From Epiperipatus broadwayi (lineage: Eukaryota > Animalia > Onychophora), in NCBI GenBank assembly GCA_028023455.1, contig JAQFVV010000009.1, positions 3,100,001-3,164,000 of the forward strand: a stretch of DNA of 64,000 nt, given 5' to 3'. Under the pieces are notes generated by a model. The model saw only the letters and a program-made list of their open reading frames with translations. It was not told the DNA's origin and did not search any database. Each line of letters begins with the position of its first letter. Position 1 is the first letter of the stretch. Shown here piece after piece: positions 14,298-29,024 of the stretch. The translations under genes and the position numbers were made by a program.

Positions 14298-16419
14298 GTT
14301 TATTATTCTTGTTAATTAGCCAATAGTGATTATTTAATGATCAATGATCAAATGATTTCTCATTCGGTATATTTATTTCACTCATAAAATTTTGATACAT
14401 GATTTTAAATCTATTACTTATTTTTAAAATCTAAATATTACATTTTAACAGTACTGGATATATTTTTTTTTAAAATATGCTTTCATACCATATTGTTAAT
14501 GCCAATATTTGAAGTAGGCTTAATGTGCATTGGAAAAAATTTTATATTAATTTTTGATATTTTATTTTAACCATTACCAATGGTAAGCAGTCATTAATCA
14601 TTTTATGACTCTCCAGTTGATATCAATACTGTAATAAAATTCATCTAGAAAGAAAAGACATTATTCCAATCAAATGATCCCTCCGCTCACTTAATACCAA
14701 CTGTATAGCTAAATACCTAATAATTGATTAATAATCAGACTATTTCAGTTGATTATGGACTGATTATGAGATAAAGAAAAAAAACCCAGCTTCATGGAGA
14801 ATTACATATGATGTATATTTATATGAGAAATGTAGATATACATAATCTGTTAAATATTAATGTTATTTCTTTAATAGCAATTATAAATCCATTGGTAATT
14901 GCTTAATAGAATTTTTTTTTCAGGTTCTAGTCAGGTTTATAGAATTTTTTTCCTAGTAGTGTATAAAGAAATCAGTTAACAACTCAATATTGGTCAGTAA
15001 ATAAGTATCTATATTTAAAGATTAAAACAAGAATGGGAAACCATTAAAAACTCCACAACCTGGCAGCAGTGGGTAATGTCTTCTCTACTATTCCTTGATG
15101 AAATAATATTGAATAAGTCTTTATTGTTATTATTGTTTATTTATTTATTAACATAAAAATGATTTATTGGAAAATTTACATTTCAAAAAATTTAACTAAT
15201 TTTATGCTACTTGCTTAGAAATAAAATATTTCAAACATATTCTTTTTAAAATTATTTCAAATGCTCACTTATGTATTGTATGGAAAAGTATAAACATTAA
15301 TGATAAATTCAGCATCCTGATATCAGAATGGAGAATAAATCAAATAATTGTGTTAATGAGTAATCAAAATTAAACAGAAGTTGCTATAAAGTTTTAAATT
15401 GCATACAAATCATTAGTTGTGTTGTCAGATTTATTGCAAAGTTTAAGAAAATAAAATCCATACATATTTAATCAATGAATCTGAAAAATTAACTGATAAT
15501 ATAAAGAGCAATAATTAAAAAAAAAGAATTGCAAAAAGTTTCTTTGCCATTTGCCAACAGAAGATCGAAAAGTAGAACCCATTGTATTCTTAAGGCTCCC
15601 ATATGACATTCATATAAACTTCACAAAAATTCAATGAAGAAAGTTCCCTAACTGATGGATGGAATTTTATGAATGCATAAGATTTATGTGAAAAAAAGAA
15701 AAGTTAGATAATATTAAACAGAAATAAGTAAATTCTGTAAATAAAAATTTTTATTTTATATTTTTAATGTTTTTACAGTGCCAGAGATTGATACAATATT
15801 CCAAGTATTATTTTACCAATACATATATTAGTAGTTATGAAAGATATGGAAATTCAATCAGAATAGCAAAGAATATTTATAAAAAAAATTATTACAAAAA
15901 TAAAAATTTATTGCAATAAATAATTTAAAAATGGAAAATACTATTAAAGGAAGTGAATAAAAAAGAGTTCAATCAATGAAGACGATAAATGTCTTACGGT
16001 TTGAATGAAAATGAAAAGTCTTATATTGGTTATCTGTAGGTTAGATGAAAAGTATTTCACAGTGAGTATATCTTCATTAAATGAAGATATTTTTTAAATA
16101 GCCAATAATCTTGGAATTACTTTTTCATTTTATACTGAGATCAATAGGTCTATTTATTAACCAACTTATTATAAAATTATGTATAAAAGCATTAATCATC
16201 TAATCAAAATGTAATAACTGATTTAAAGTAAATGCAAAATAAAAACAGTTTTATCAAAAAAAATATAAAGTAAAAATAATAGCAAGGTTTTATACTTTAA
16301 AAGAAATATTAAATTTAAAATCTATATACATATTTTGGTGATAACAGTCTACTAATTTCTAAAAGGCTGTAGAGTATGTATTAGGTTGAATCGAAAAAAG
16401 TAATCATCATTCAAGTCAA

Positions 16420-16491
16420 GCGTCAGTGGCCTAGTGGTTAGCATAGCTACCTTCCAAGCAGCTGGCCCGGGTTTGCTTCCCGGTTAACGCA
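16420..16491 (+). pseudogene. tRNA-Gly(TCC) pseudogene (retrocopy)
   Basis: 72 nt GCGTCAGTGGCCTAGTGGTTAGCATAGCTACCTTCCAAGCAGCTGGCCCGGGTTTGCTTCCCGGTTAACGCA matches metazoan tRNA-Gly-TCC. T-loop TTCGATT is mutated to TTTGCTT, and the acceptor and anticodon stems are mispaired. Flanked by a 17-bp direct repeat. Confidence 0.9.
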
Positions 16492-16790
16492 TTTGACATA
16501 TGAGAAACAAAAAAAAGTAATCATCATGATAAGTCATAATAAAGTAAAAAAAATAGTGCTAACTTTTGATAGTTTATCTAATTTGAAATTATTTAACTAT
16601 ATATTCTTAAAAATTATCAGAAATTTTTAAAAGGAATAATCACTTGGCAAATATGTATAGTTTTTAAAAATAAGTACAATATGTACTTATTTTAACACAG
16701 ATGTCAAAAAAAAAAAAAAATGAATAAAATATTCTATTATAGGACCATTTCATGGCACATTTCCCTATAAGGTTTAGTGCTGTGATAGGC

Positions 16791-17465
16791 TAACTCTGGA
16801 ACTCAAGATTCAAGGATGTGTCAGCTTCTTAAGAACTCTTAAACAATAAACCTTGTTTATTTTGCCCTAATAGTTTAATGTAGTGGTAACTATAAACTCT
16901 ACATTTTAAGTTCCATGTATTATATCTCAGCTTATGATCCTCAAACTTCTTATAAATTCCCAACAATAAGTCAATTGTTTTACTTTTATTGCATACTGTC
17001 CAATAATATACAGGTAATAATAAAAAAAAACAATACATTTCAATAGTGTTTTTAACAATAATAATATGATGAAATCTATCACAAACATTTTTAAAGATTT
17101 AAGGCAAAGACAATTAATAAAATAAAAAACTTTTATAAAGATCGATAAATTAAATCTGTAGTATGACTGAAATTTAACTAAATCCAATTACTATAGCAAA
17201 AGCATTCAAATAATAATAAAATAAATAACTGAATGGTTTATTGCTTAGGAATTTATAAGTTTAAGCATTGAAAATGGCAGAGATAAAGCTATAATCCATA
17301 GACCTTGAGCTCCAAAGTTTTTCATTGTACCATTATATTAAACTACACAAGGCAGTTATGAGAACATTGCACGAGTTGGTAAAATAAATTATATTAAGTG
17401 AAGTGCAGTGGCAAACTACTGCTGATGATGATCAAGTGTTATGGTCAAAGAACATAGGGGAGGGT
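16791..17465. repeat. Two oppositely oriented copies of repeat family R
   Basis: 16791-16977 on minus and 17232-17465 on plus share AATGGTTTATTG/TTTATAAG(AA)GTTT/GAACTCCA(G/A)AGTT motifs. Confidence 0.65.
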
Positions 17466-18677
17466 CTTTTAATTTTGAGCAATGTACAATATTATTTTTA
17501 TTTTGCAATAAATATAAATCCATGTTATAATTTTAAATACAACTTGTGAGAACTTGTTTTCACTTATCTGTCATGATTCATATGGATTTGTATAGCGTAC
17601 TCATTTACAGTAAGTACTTTAGGATTTAACCAAATATATGATTTTTGTCCATTTTTAGAATTTATATATTCTGTTGATTATTTATATTTTATTATTCATA
17701 ATCGCACTTGAACGGTCCTTTTTGAGATCTCCTATAGTAGCTGGACTTGTCCTTATGATCACTATTACAAGTTATCTCTTAGTTTACTAACTTGGAAATA
17801 ATTATTTTGGATAAGCCTGTAGAAAGTTTATTCAAATATCCCTTTGCTTTTAATATGTTAGATATGATACTTGACTTTTTTGACAAATGTCCATTGAATA
17901 ACGTTTAATTATAACTGTAAATTAAGGATGATTTTTAACATTTTAATTGCATTTATCAAAATATATTAATTTTCAAAGATTAAAAAAAAACAAAAAACAT
18001 TGTTTATATATGCAGATGCAAAACCCAATATTAAAATTTGAAAAAGAATCAGCATATAATCTGCCTAGGATAAGGTGAGAGATAAAATATTGATATTTAA
18101 AAGTCACAGTTTATACAAAGCAATCGTTTCTGTTAAAGAGAATTTTGCATTTTTTACTTTTTTTTTTTTTTGGAGAGGGGATGGCCTTTCCTAGGTCAGA
18201 AAATAGTTTGGTGCTAGTCAATTGTAATTACTGATTATTTCTGAAATTTTATAAATTTAATCAATCTTATTTTTTGAAAATCTAGTTTAGCAATTTAATA
18301 AAGTATCAAAATTTCTTATACTTTACTTCTGCCTTCTATGTAGATTTTAATCAAATATAAACATTTTAATACTATACATAAATTACTTATTTCAAATCTT
18401 TCATGTATAATATTGTATTAATTATTGCAAATATTGTATTATTCAAAAAATATTATGAACATTATATTTCATGCGAGATTACTGATATTTACACAATTTT
18501 TCATTATCTCATCAAAAATACTATATTTGTAAATATATATTGAACTATTTCCATCACCTAGTTAAATATTTTAATAAAAATTCAAACTTTATACCTTTCT
18601 AAATACATTCAACTATTAATAACACAAGGATTAATCAGGAACATATTTTCAACAATAGTCCCTAATAGGTGTTACTA

Positions 18678-18733
18678 GCATTCATGGATATTGTATTTAG
18701 GATCAGCATTCATGGATATTGTATTTAGGATCA
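18678..18733. repeat. Perfect 28-bp tandem duplication
   Basis: GCATTCATGGATATTGTATTTAGGATCA x2. Confidence 0.95.
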
Positions 18734-21575
18734 TTCTAACCAATCTGATTGTTCTGTAAAATGCAACAGTAACCAGAAACAAAATTATCTATAAAAAATT
18801 TATTTCTCAATTTGTTTCTTTTTATAAGAGAGGTTCGTGAGTGGTTTCCAAATATTATGCATTTCACACTACATTGACTTGAAAATTAAGACACACACAC
18901 ATGCTATATTTAAAATTATACCATTGAATTACATATTTTGCTAAGTAAAAAAAAAATGTTTAAAATTAAATAACACTCTTTCCTGGATTAATTTAATTAT
19001 TTTTATAGAGAAACTTCCTGATGCTTTTAAAAAAAAAAAGAATTTCAATCTGCCTCTGGTACTGATCAAACTACCTAAGGATTTTTAATATTGATTTTAA
19101 GAAGATAGACTAATGATATATTATTAATAAACAAATATTATATACACCTTAAATGATTACTTTACAATGCAATGTATAATATAAAATTTATTCCTTCTTG
19201 CTTATGGTTTCAACTGTCCAAAAGCCATCATCAGAGTTCAATTAAACTCTTAATAATTTCTAACAGTAAAAAAATTAAAATTGTTTAAGTTAAAGTTGTT
19301 TAACTGAGGTCTGATGATGACTGCATTGCATTATAGTGTTCATTTAAAGTGTATATGCCATATGGTATTTCATTTATTTATATAAATCAATGCATAATAG
19401 GATAAGAAGTGAAAAGAAATTATAATGTATTATTAATATTTAAGTGATTTTTTAAATCCTTAATAGTCTGCAAATAAGCATGAATGATTTTTTTCTCATA
19501 ATTTTCAATCCTTGAGTTTCATATAATTTCTTTGCTAACATTAGAGTTGAATGGAAGGCACATTAAATATAAAAATGAATTTATTTTGATTTTACTTTGT
19601 ATAATAAAATGTTTGACTTAAATGGCAAAGATCGGTCAGTTTGTGCAAAAAAAGAATGAGGGTGGGGGAGGTATTGACAAAATATATAAATCAAATATAT
19701 AGTATATTTAAATAAAGATTATCATATATTCAACAAGGATATCTATGAATACATCTTATAAAGATAAATGTCACAAGGAATCAGATTGAGAAATCTATAT
19801 TATAAGCATTCTATTTTTCTAAAGCAATTTATAAATTTATGAAGTAATAAATGAAAAACTACTTTTTTATATACAGTATATATAAATTCAGTAATTGGTT
19901 TGGTCATCAAGACAAAATATATAATTTTTGATTAAAGCATGTCTAATCAAACGAATTTGAAAAAAAAAAAGAGCTATGTATATTTACGTTCTCTGTCAAA
20001 GATAGGCAAAGTAACTAAGCAATAGAATATGACAATACAGTTAAGAAAACGCATGATCATCGTTGATAGCAATTTGTCATTACGTGACACACTCTTTAAC
20101 GCAATTTATTCTAGCATTTTAATATTAAAGTTGCACCGTGAACTAGATACATATATTAACTCAAATTTTATATAAATAAAAAAGGGCCATTTCTATTAAT
20201 ATATATGCTGACATACACACCAATATATGAATGTGTGTGTGAGTCACTAAGCAATAAATCAAGATTTTAAAAGAAAATGGTGTTTGGAACTTTATTTTTT
20301 AAATATAAATATATAGATACGCAAAGACCTATATACAAAAAGTTACGTATTATTGACATTAAAATATAAATACATACTTCTAAAAGTTTTTTTTGTTCCT
20401 AATATAGTTTAACTTATCAGCTTTTCCTTAAAATTTTGGCCTATTGGTATAAATATATAGCTAATCAATATTAAATTTAGTCCATCAGTATTAAAAAAAA
20501 TCCAAATAGTTTAGATAAGTAATAATGTGTGTAGTTTGAGTATTCCAATCCTCTCTTTTTTATTAGAAATACACTACTGTATGACTAAACAAACCAAAAC
20601 TTACTCCCCTGCTAACTTTAAATGGGTTATTCCACACTAATGGTCAGTGCCAGTTACCACTAGCGTTCAGTACTATTTTTAGCAGAAGCTTAAAAAAAAA
20701 AAACTTCCAAAACTCAAATACTGTACATTTGATGACTGGTAATTACCCAACAACTTCCCGCTGATTTCCGGTCGGCAATCATACAACAGTTTAAGGTACA
20801 CTATTAAAAACTCTAAAAATAATTCGGTAAATAAAGAGAGTAAACATTTAGAAGTTATGTAGGAATAGCTCTGACACTTAGTTAATAATGCACACTATTA
20901 CAGATAGAGTAAATTAAATATTAAAATAACTTTTAGCTTTCCTTCAAATTAATATAGAATGCGCAACAATACTGGATTGCAGCAATAACGCTAAATATTT
21001 AGGAATAAACAAATACTGTTTAAATATGTAAAAGATAATAAAATTAGGGTCTCAGTTTATGAATATCAAATGAGAATCTAAAAGTTTATATTTTTAATAT
21101 TATTATGAGATATAAAACCCTTATAGATATATTTTTAAAAAAATTAACTAGATTCAGCACAAGACATTTAATCACTCGAGCGTGCATAGAACATTCCAAC
21201 ACATAAGACCTACATTAATTTATCGAATCGAGTTAATTTTTATCCCACTAATAAAGAGTAATTGTTCAAACTTTAAAAAATAATTAATAATTATTTTTTT
21301 TTTAAAAAAAAGGTAAACAAATTTGATTTTAAGCATCATTTTAAACTAAATGGTTTAAAATAACGAAAAGAATGTCATTAAATAATACGTACTGTATACT
21401 TAAGTTATTTAAACTCAAAAATTAATTACATTACCACGTCTATAAGAAAAACACACGTCTAGCCTCAGTAAATTTTACCAAAACAAAATGGCGCTGTAAA
21501 GTTATTGAAGGAGGTGCAACAAGAAACTTTTCATAACTTCAAAAAAGTAATTTATCAACACTTTTTCTGTACTTA

Positions 21576-22700
<1,125 letters not shown>

Positions 22701-25026
22701 ATAAGATTGTCTACTACCTAATGTATTTATAATCAGTTTTTGGTTATCAGAAACTTAAGTTTAAATGTAAACAAAAGTGTAGTTATATTTTAATAATTGT
22801 TTCAAAAACTATTGTAAAACTAAATCAATTAAAGAATATTTTAGTGAAAATTACATAATTTCAACCAATTTTATATAAAAATTATATTTCATTTGCTATA
22901 GACACTTTTCTATAAATTTTACGACCATAATGCCATTATTAATTAAGTTGTAGATTAACGCGTTGTCTATTCGATTATTTATTATTTATCGATTTATTAA
23001 GAGATCATAAAAATTAGTATAAGACTCAGAATTATTACTTAATATTATAATTTATTTATTTTACTTTTGATTCCTGACAGTGAAAATGTGTTTATTGTAC
23101 TGTAAATCTAATTTTATATAAACAAAAAACTATAATTGAAATAATCGAAGATTTAATTATTTAACAATATCGCTGCAATTAGTGATTAAATTATAGAAAG
23201 GTTAATATTGCTTCGCTTCATTACTTTCTTCGTGAATTGTTAACTGATCAAATAAAAATTTTGAACAACGTAGCTATTTTTCACATCAATGTATACTTTT
23301 TCAATTGATCTGCTTATGGTTGCAAATTGCGATATACTCTGACTTCTGTATTTGTTAGGAAAATATGGTGGACTGCTTCGTATGAATGAAGTTTATTTAT
23401 GATATGGATTTGTTTAAAATTGGCGAAATTTTATTATTTAATATAATTGTATTAATCAATAATATTTAAATTTGATATGTTCACTATTTATGATTGTTTT
23501 TAAATTGATTTATTTTCATAGTCATGATAATTTTATTTATTATGATATTTTCTCAGTCTACATATTATTTAAAGACGTATCAATTTTGTTTTTATAGAAA
23601 TATCGACATTTTTTGTTTATGAAGCTATTTTCTAGTAAAAAAGATAATTTTTTCCCAGTATAGTTAAGACTGTGATTAGTATCGTACGTACCCCCCCCCC
23701 TCCAATAAAAAGAATATTGTGTGAACGTTTAGTTAAAGATTTGTTTTGTTTGAATAAGAAAAATATATATCCGAGAGTGCGTGTGTTTTATTTATATATC
23801 ATACCATCATTTTAGTTGGTAATAAATGGGGGATGTCGTTATTGCATTGGAGTTCATAAGAAGTTTGAGTGCCAGAATCGATCCTAAGACCTCCTGATAA
23901 AACATATTACACCACCTTGTGATGCATAGGATTTTAATTCTGATTAAAGTCATGAGTAATTCTATCGAATTCCACTGTAAAAACTAATATTAATAATATT
24001 CTGTTTTTGGAATCAAAGACTGAATCTGATTCTTAAGTTAGGGAAAAGACAACAGACATCAAATAATTTTAAATTTATTCTATGTATTTATTTTATATTT
24101 AAAATCAAAACCCAATAGAAAAGTTTTGCAATATTCCAAAAATTGTTTCTTTTCAAGTTTAATTCAAAAATATTAATATATAAATTATTACATCATTCCT
24201 TTTTTAAATGTATTTATTACTGAGTTAATTTAATACAATCTTTGTCAAAACATAACTTGCACATACACACAAATTAATCAAAACATGCAAAATAAAATAT
24301 ATTTTTCAATATGTACATCTTTAAATTTAAAAAAAATCCTTATTACAAACATTAAATTTTATAAATCTATTTTTATGGTATACTTTATCTCATCTTTAAA
24401 TCTATTTTTAATTAATTTTATAAGATCATTCTACCTTGATATGGTACTATTTAAATTCAAGCCAAAATTGATTAACTCCTATACAACAGGATAGCATTTC
24501 TAATTAAATAAGAATAGGTTTAAACTTATCATTGCAAAGTTTTTCTTTAATCGTTTTTTTAGTATATATTTTTTACTTTCTCAGTACTTTATTCTTTTAA
24601 TTATCATGTTCACTATTTCTGTAATATAATTTATTACAAATTTCCTATCCTGTATATGTTGTTTACATTTTATTTTTAATTTATTTTAGATTGTGCCAAT
24701 GTAATTAGTTTTCCTGTTATCACATTTATAATCAATACATAAAATTACATCATATTTTGGACATATAAAAATATTTGATCCATAATATAATCATTACATA
24801 TTTTTATATAACTTCACAAAAAAAATAATAATAATAATTTAAAAAAAAATTTTTTTTAAATATCTATTTATTCCAATAAATGATATTATAATATTTTTTC
24901 TCAGAATTACAAATGCTCTCATATAATTATTTTCAAGGGTTTATTAACTAAAAAATATATTTGTAAAATTTTATATTATTTTTATGGATATACTATGTTT
25001 ATATATAATATAAAATAGAATGAATA

Positions 25027-26495
25027 TAGTGGGCAGGAATTCTCAGGAAAAAAATGTTTGTTTTTTTGTTTGTTTCTTATTTCCCAGGAAAAAACAAAAA
25101 ATTTCCAGAGAAAAAAATTAAAAACAACTATACTAATACTTTGTATACGGCCATTCAATGAGAAATCCCCTACAAATTTATGTATCTTAATATTAATGGC
25201 AATGCGCCCTAACAAAAGATAACATCTTAATAAAAAATAAAGTAATATTATTTAATAAAACAAGCTGTTGGATTGTGAAACACATTTGTGTGTATATTTC
25301 ACTTTTTTCTAAAAGTTCTGAAAATTCTTTTGTCTGAGTCACTACTCTGTACTATATTCAGGCATGTGTGTTATATGTTGTTTAGATTGGTAGCATTTCA
25401 TTAATGAGTTATTCCAGGAAATTTCCATCCCAATTCTCATCCTGATTCTCAGTTGGCAGTTGTATTGTAATTGGAAAAAAAAATTAGGTTAGTGCAATTA
25501 GCTTTGCAATTAGTTGTGCTTCTTTATATTTATGAAGGTAATTTATACTGTAAGTTTATATTTAGGTATATCATACATATAACGAGTTCGCTATTTTTTT
25601 TTCATTTTGAAAGTGAAAAACCAAAAATATATGGTATATATTTAAATGGTGTAAGTATTATAATAAAAATAGAAAAACAGTTCATAAAATTGACAATGAA
25701 GTTCTCAAATAAATGATAAACAATAAAATAACAATATGTACCTGTAAAAAATATAAAAATATTCTGAAATAGCTGAATGATAATTTTATTAGGTAGAGGC
25801 CAATAAAATTATCATTTTAAAACCAGCTCACATATTTTCAAAAATTTTAACCTTTTGACTTGTGATATATCTAATATCTTATGCCTTCATCATCAAAGTT
25901 TGCAATTACTTGTTATGCTAACTAGATTTTTAATAAATTATTTGACAAAGATGTTGAATGCAATGGAGTTGAAAAAGAAAGTCAACATGAAGATTTCATG
26001 TGAAAAAGATGATGGACAAGTTCATGATATAAATGATGGATTTGCTCATGCTATCAATGCAGCACTTAAAAATAAAAAATTAAAAACAAAAATGTCAGAT
26101 AATCTGAATTACAAATGTATGAAAGTACGGGAAATATAATAAAAAATCTCAAAAAGTTGTTGGATACTTTGATGACTGTAAAGCCCACCTCAAGCGAAAG
26201 AATATTCTCAGTGTTGTCAAATTTTTGTTTAAAAAAAAAGATCATCTTTGAGTGACTTATCCCTGAATTGTCTGTCCTTTTTAAAATGTTATTTTTGAAC
26301 AAATAATAAATGAAATACATGTTTATTGTATGTTTTTGCATATACTTTATTTTCTTTTTAAATTTTGAATTAAATTTGATTTTTTGAAAATATTTTTATT
26401 TTACTTTTTCTCCAAAATTTTTACAATTTTTTTTTATAATTTAACTTTTTAAAATTTCCCAGGAACATAAAATTTCAAAGAAATGTTACCCACTA
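25027..26495 (+). mobile_element. Internally deleted hAT DNA transposon
   Basis: TAGTGGG...CCCACTA termini. 8-bp TSD AATGAATA (25019-25026) / AATGAGTA (26496-26503). Subterminal TTCCCAGGAA repeats. hAT C-terminal dimerisation motif LMTVKPTSSERIFSVLSNF...RSSLSD at about 26170-26255. Confidence 0.85.
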
Positions 26496-26599
26496 AATGA
26501 GTATGTATATTAATGGAAAAAAAATACTAAAACAGAGTATAAATATAAAATTTAGAAAGATTTTTGTACCAAGTATACTTTCAATGTTTTCACATTATA

Positions 26600-28830
26600 T
26601 TCATGGTTAGTCTACTGAGAATATTAATTTTTTGCTGATTTGAATGCTATTTGATTTTTGGTTCATTATATATTCATTTTGCGTAATGAACCATTTCTTC
26701 ACACATAATTTTGACAACATTTGGATCACAACTATAGCTAACTTTGGGCTTAATATTAGATTTTTTATATATTAATGAATATTGAGTCATTCTAGTTCTA
26801 AGATTTGTCTTAGTCTCATCATAATATACATACAGGCAGTCTTTTTGGCTGCGGTTTACAGCATAAACCACATTGGGACAGACCAATGTTAAAAATTTTG
26901 CCCTTTGTATTGTTAATAAGCTTGTTTAAATATATAGGGGTTCTGAATCTGACAGTAAATTTATCTGAGCATATTTGTGCTATTTTGTTACTCATACATG
27001 ATAAACATAGTAGAACAATCCAGCTTTTCTATGATCGATCATTTTATTCATTATTTTGTTTTTGAATTGCTCTATATACCTCGTATTTATTAATATGTAT
27101 ATTTAGGTGTATCATACATATAACAGGTTCACTATTTTCTTTTCATTTTGAAAGTGAAAACCAAAAATATGTGATATATATTTAAATGGTTTAAGTATTA
27201 TAACTAAAATAACAACATAATATGTTAAATGTTCTCAGTTCTATCTGATAATAATTGTGGTATAAAAAGTTTTTTGGTCCAGCAAATTTAGGGAAAGGGG
27301 GTATAACCATTTTGTATTGGAGTGCATTATGTATCCTCTTAATTTTAAATCCAGATATTGAATTAGATTATTATCTTCCAGTTCAACTGTCTACTTCAAG
27401 ACTGAATTTGTATCCAAATTTGTGATCATGTGATTAATTATATTTTGAGGTGCACTTACAAAGACACTGTCCATATAACATTTATATATACAATTTTATT
27501 GTGTGTTTAATATCAAATCAATTATATTTGTTTCTTTGTAAGCCAGGATCTGACTTCACATGATTTCACTAATGGATAAGCTCAATGGCCAAGACTCTTA
27601 TGATCTCATATTCTTGTCTTTTGTATGTACCCATGATATTGTTGTTTATCCAATTTAAGGACATTATAATAAATTCCCTTCTATATGTGTTTGTATTCTT
27701 GTTTCTTAATAATTCATTGATAAATTTTTATTGATTCTTTACAGTTAAACTCATCCATAGAGGTCTGTTATATCAAAGGAGGCCATTCTATGTTCCTTAG
27801 AAATAGTAGCACTTTTAAGAATGTTCTTGAATTTGAATGATGATTTTATGGTATGCTTGCCAAAACCTAATTCTTTTAGTATTTATGCAACAAATTTGGA
27901 AGTTTCATGATAGTATGCTCCACCAAAGTTGACTATTAGCCTAAGAAGATAGTGTTTCTTATGCATTTTTATATTTGTGAATAATCTAGGTAATAAAGTG
28001 CTAGATGTATACATTTGCAAGTATTTTCACCTACTATATAATTTATATGTATATATTTTTAAGTATACACACTATAAATTTAACTTATTTGGTTTTGACA
28101 TTGTAATTGTTAAGTCTATTAAAAACAGCAATTTGCATCAACATTTTTTCTTTGAACTTGTCATTATCTATAAGCATTAAGTATGACCTTTGTTTTCCTT
28201 CATGCATGTAACTTCACTTTTATGGAAAGTTTTATTGAGTGCTTTGATGCTCCACAATAAGGATGAGGGATTCAGAGTTTTGTATCAGCTTGCAATGCTC
28301 TTGCTGCCCTGTCAAACATTTTTTCTTTATCTTTTTCATTTTCATAGGCAGCTTCCAATTCTGCAACTATTTCCATTTGAGGATTTAGCCATCCTCCACG
28401 GACAAATTAAGCTCCAGTATTAAGTATTGTGGTGTATTTAAATGGCACTCTAACTTGATAAGTTGACAAAACCTTCTGTTGAAAAATTTCCCCTCTTTTG
28501 TTTCAATGCTAAAAATCTAAATATTTTGTTGAACTTCTTTTCTAATTCTTTATTTAATTTTCCATACTTTCTTATGTCCTTTTGTAGAAGAACAAAGTTT
28601 TGTTCTCTATGCTTATCTGGGCCTTAAACACTAACTTTCATTTGATATTTTTTTATTATCCATCTCATAAGTTGCTCTGAAGTTGTTTTTTAGCTTTATT
28701 ATGATCGTTAATAGACTTAGAAATTTTTACAATGCAACAGTTTGAATAAATGCCATAATATATTTCTTAAAGAAGTCTATCCTAATTTGGAGTGTTATAA
28801 TCTTCCTTCTTATTTTGTATGCTGCCCTAT
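26600..28830 (-). mobile_element. Decayed Penelope-like element (RT + GIY-YIG endonuclease)
   Basis: RT remnants on minus: MASFDITDLY (~27790), YKRQ..GLA.LS.SEI (~27600), YMDSVFV (YVDD-like, ~27470), IQ..LE..NN.IQYLD (~27370). ORF 26674-26886 contains PNVVYAVN.SQKDCLYVYYDETKTNLRTRMTQ, a GIY-YIG signature (NVVY.I.C..C..YIGET...L..R..H). Confidence 0.8.
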
Positions 28831-29024
28831 AAAGTCAATGATTTCATTCATCTCCATAATATGTAATTATGTTTTGATACTCTGCTATTCTAAATATTAA
28901 TGTGTTTAATATAAACATTCATATACATACTGCATGTCTAAAAGATATGAGGTTTTATTTAGTTTCAGATATTTCTTCGTTGATAAAAACATGAGAATAA
29001 TTAAATAAATAATCTTATGTTTGT

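Noticed and set aside
16420-16491. Functional tRNA-Gly gene
   Set aside because: The B-box/T-loop and stems are mutated, there is no T4 terminator nearby, and a TSD flanks it.
17150-20600. Candidate acceptors for yki exon 2 (AG|TCAT at about 17167 and 20584)
   Set aside because: They translate to HTTDLIY and HTVVYF*, not the WW1 continuation.
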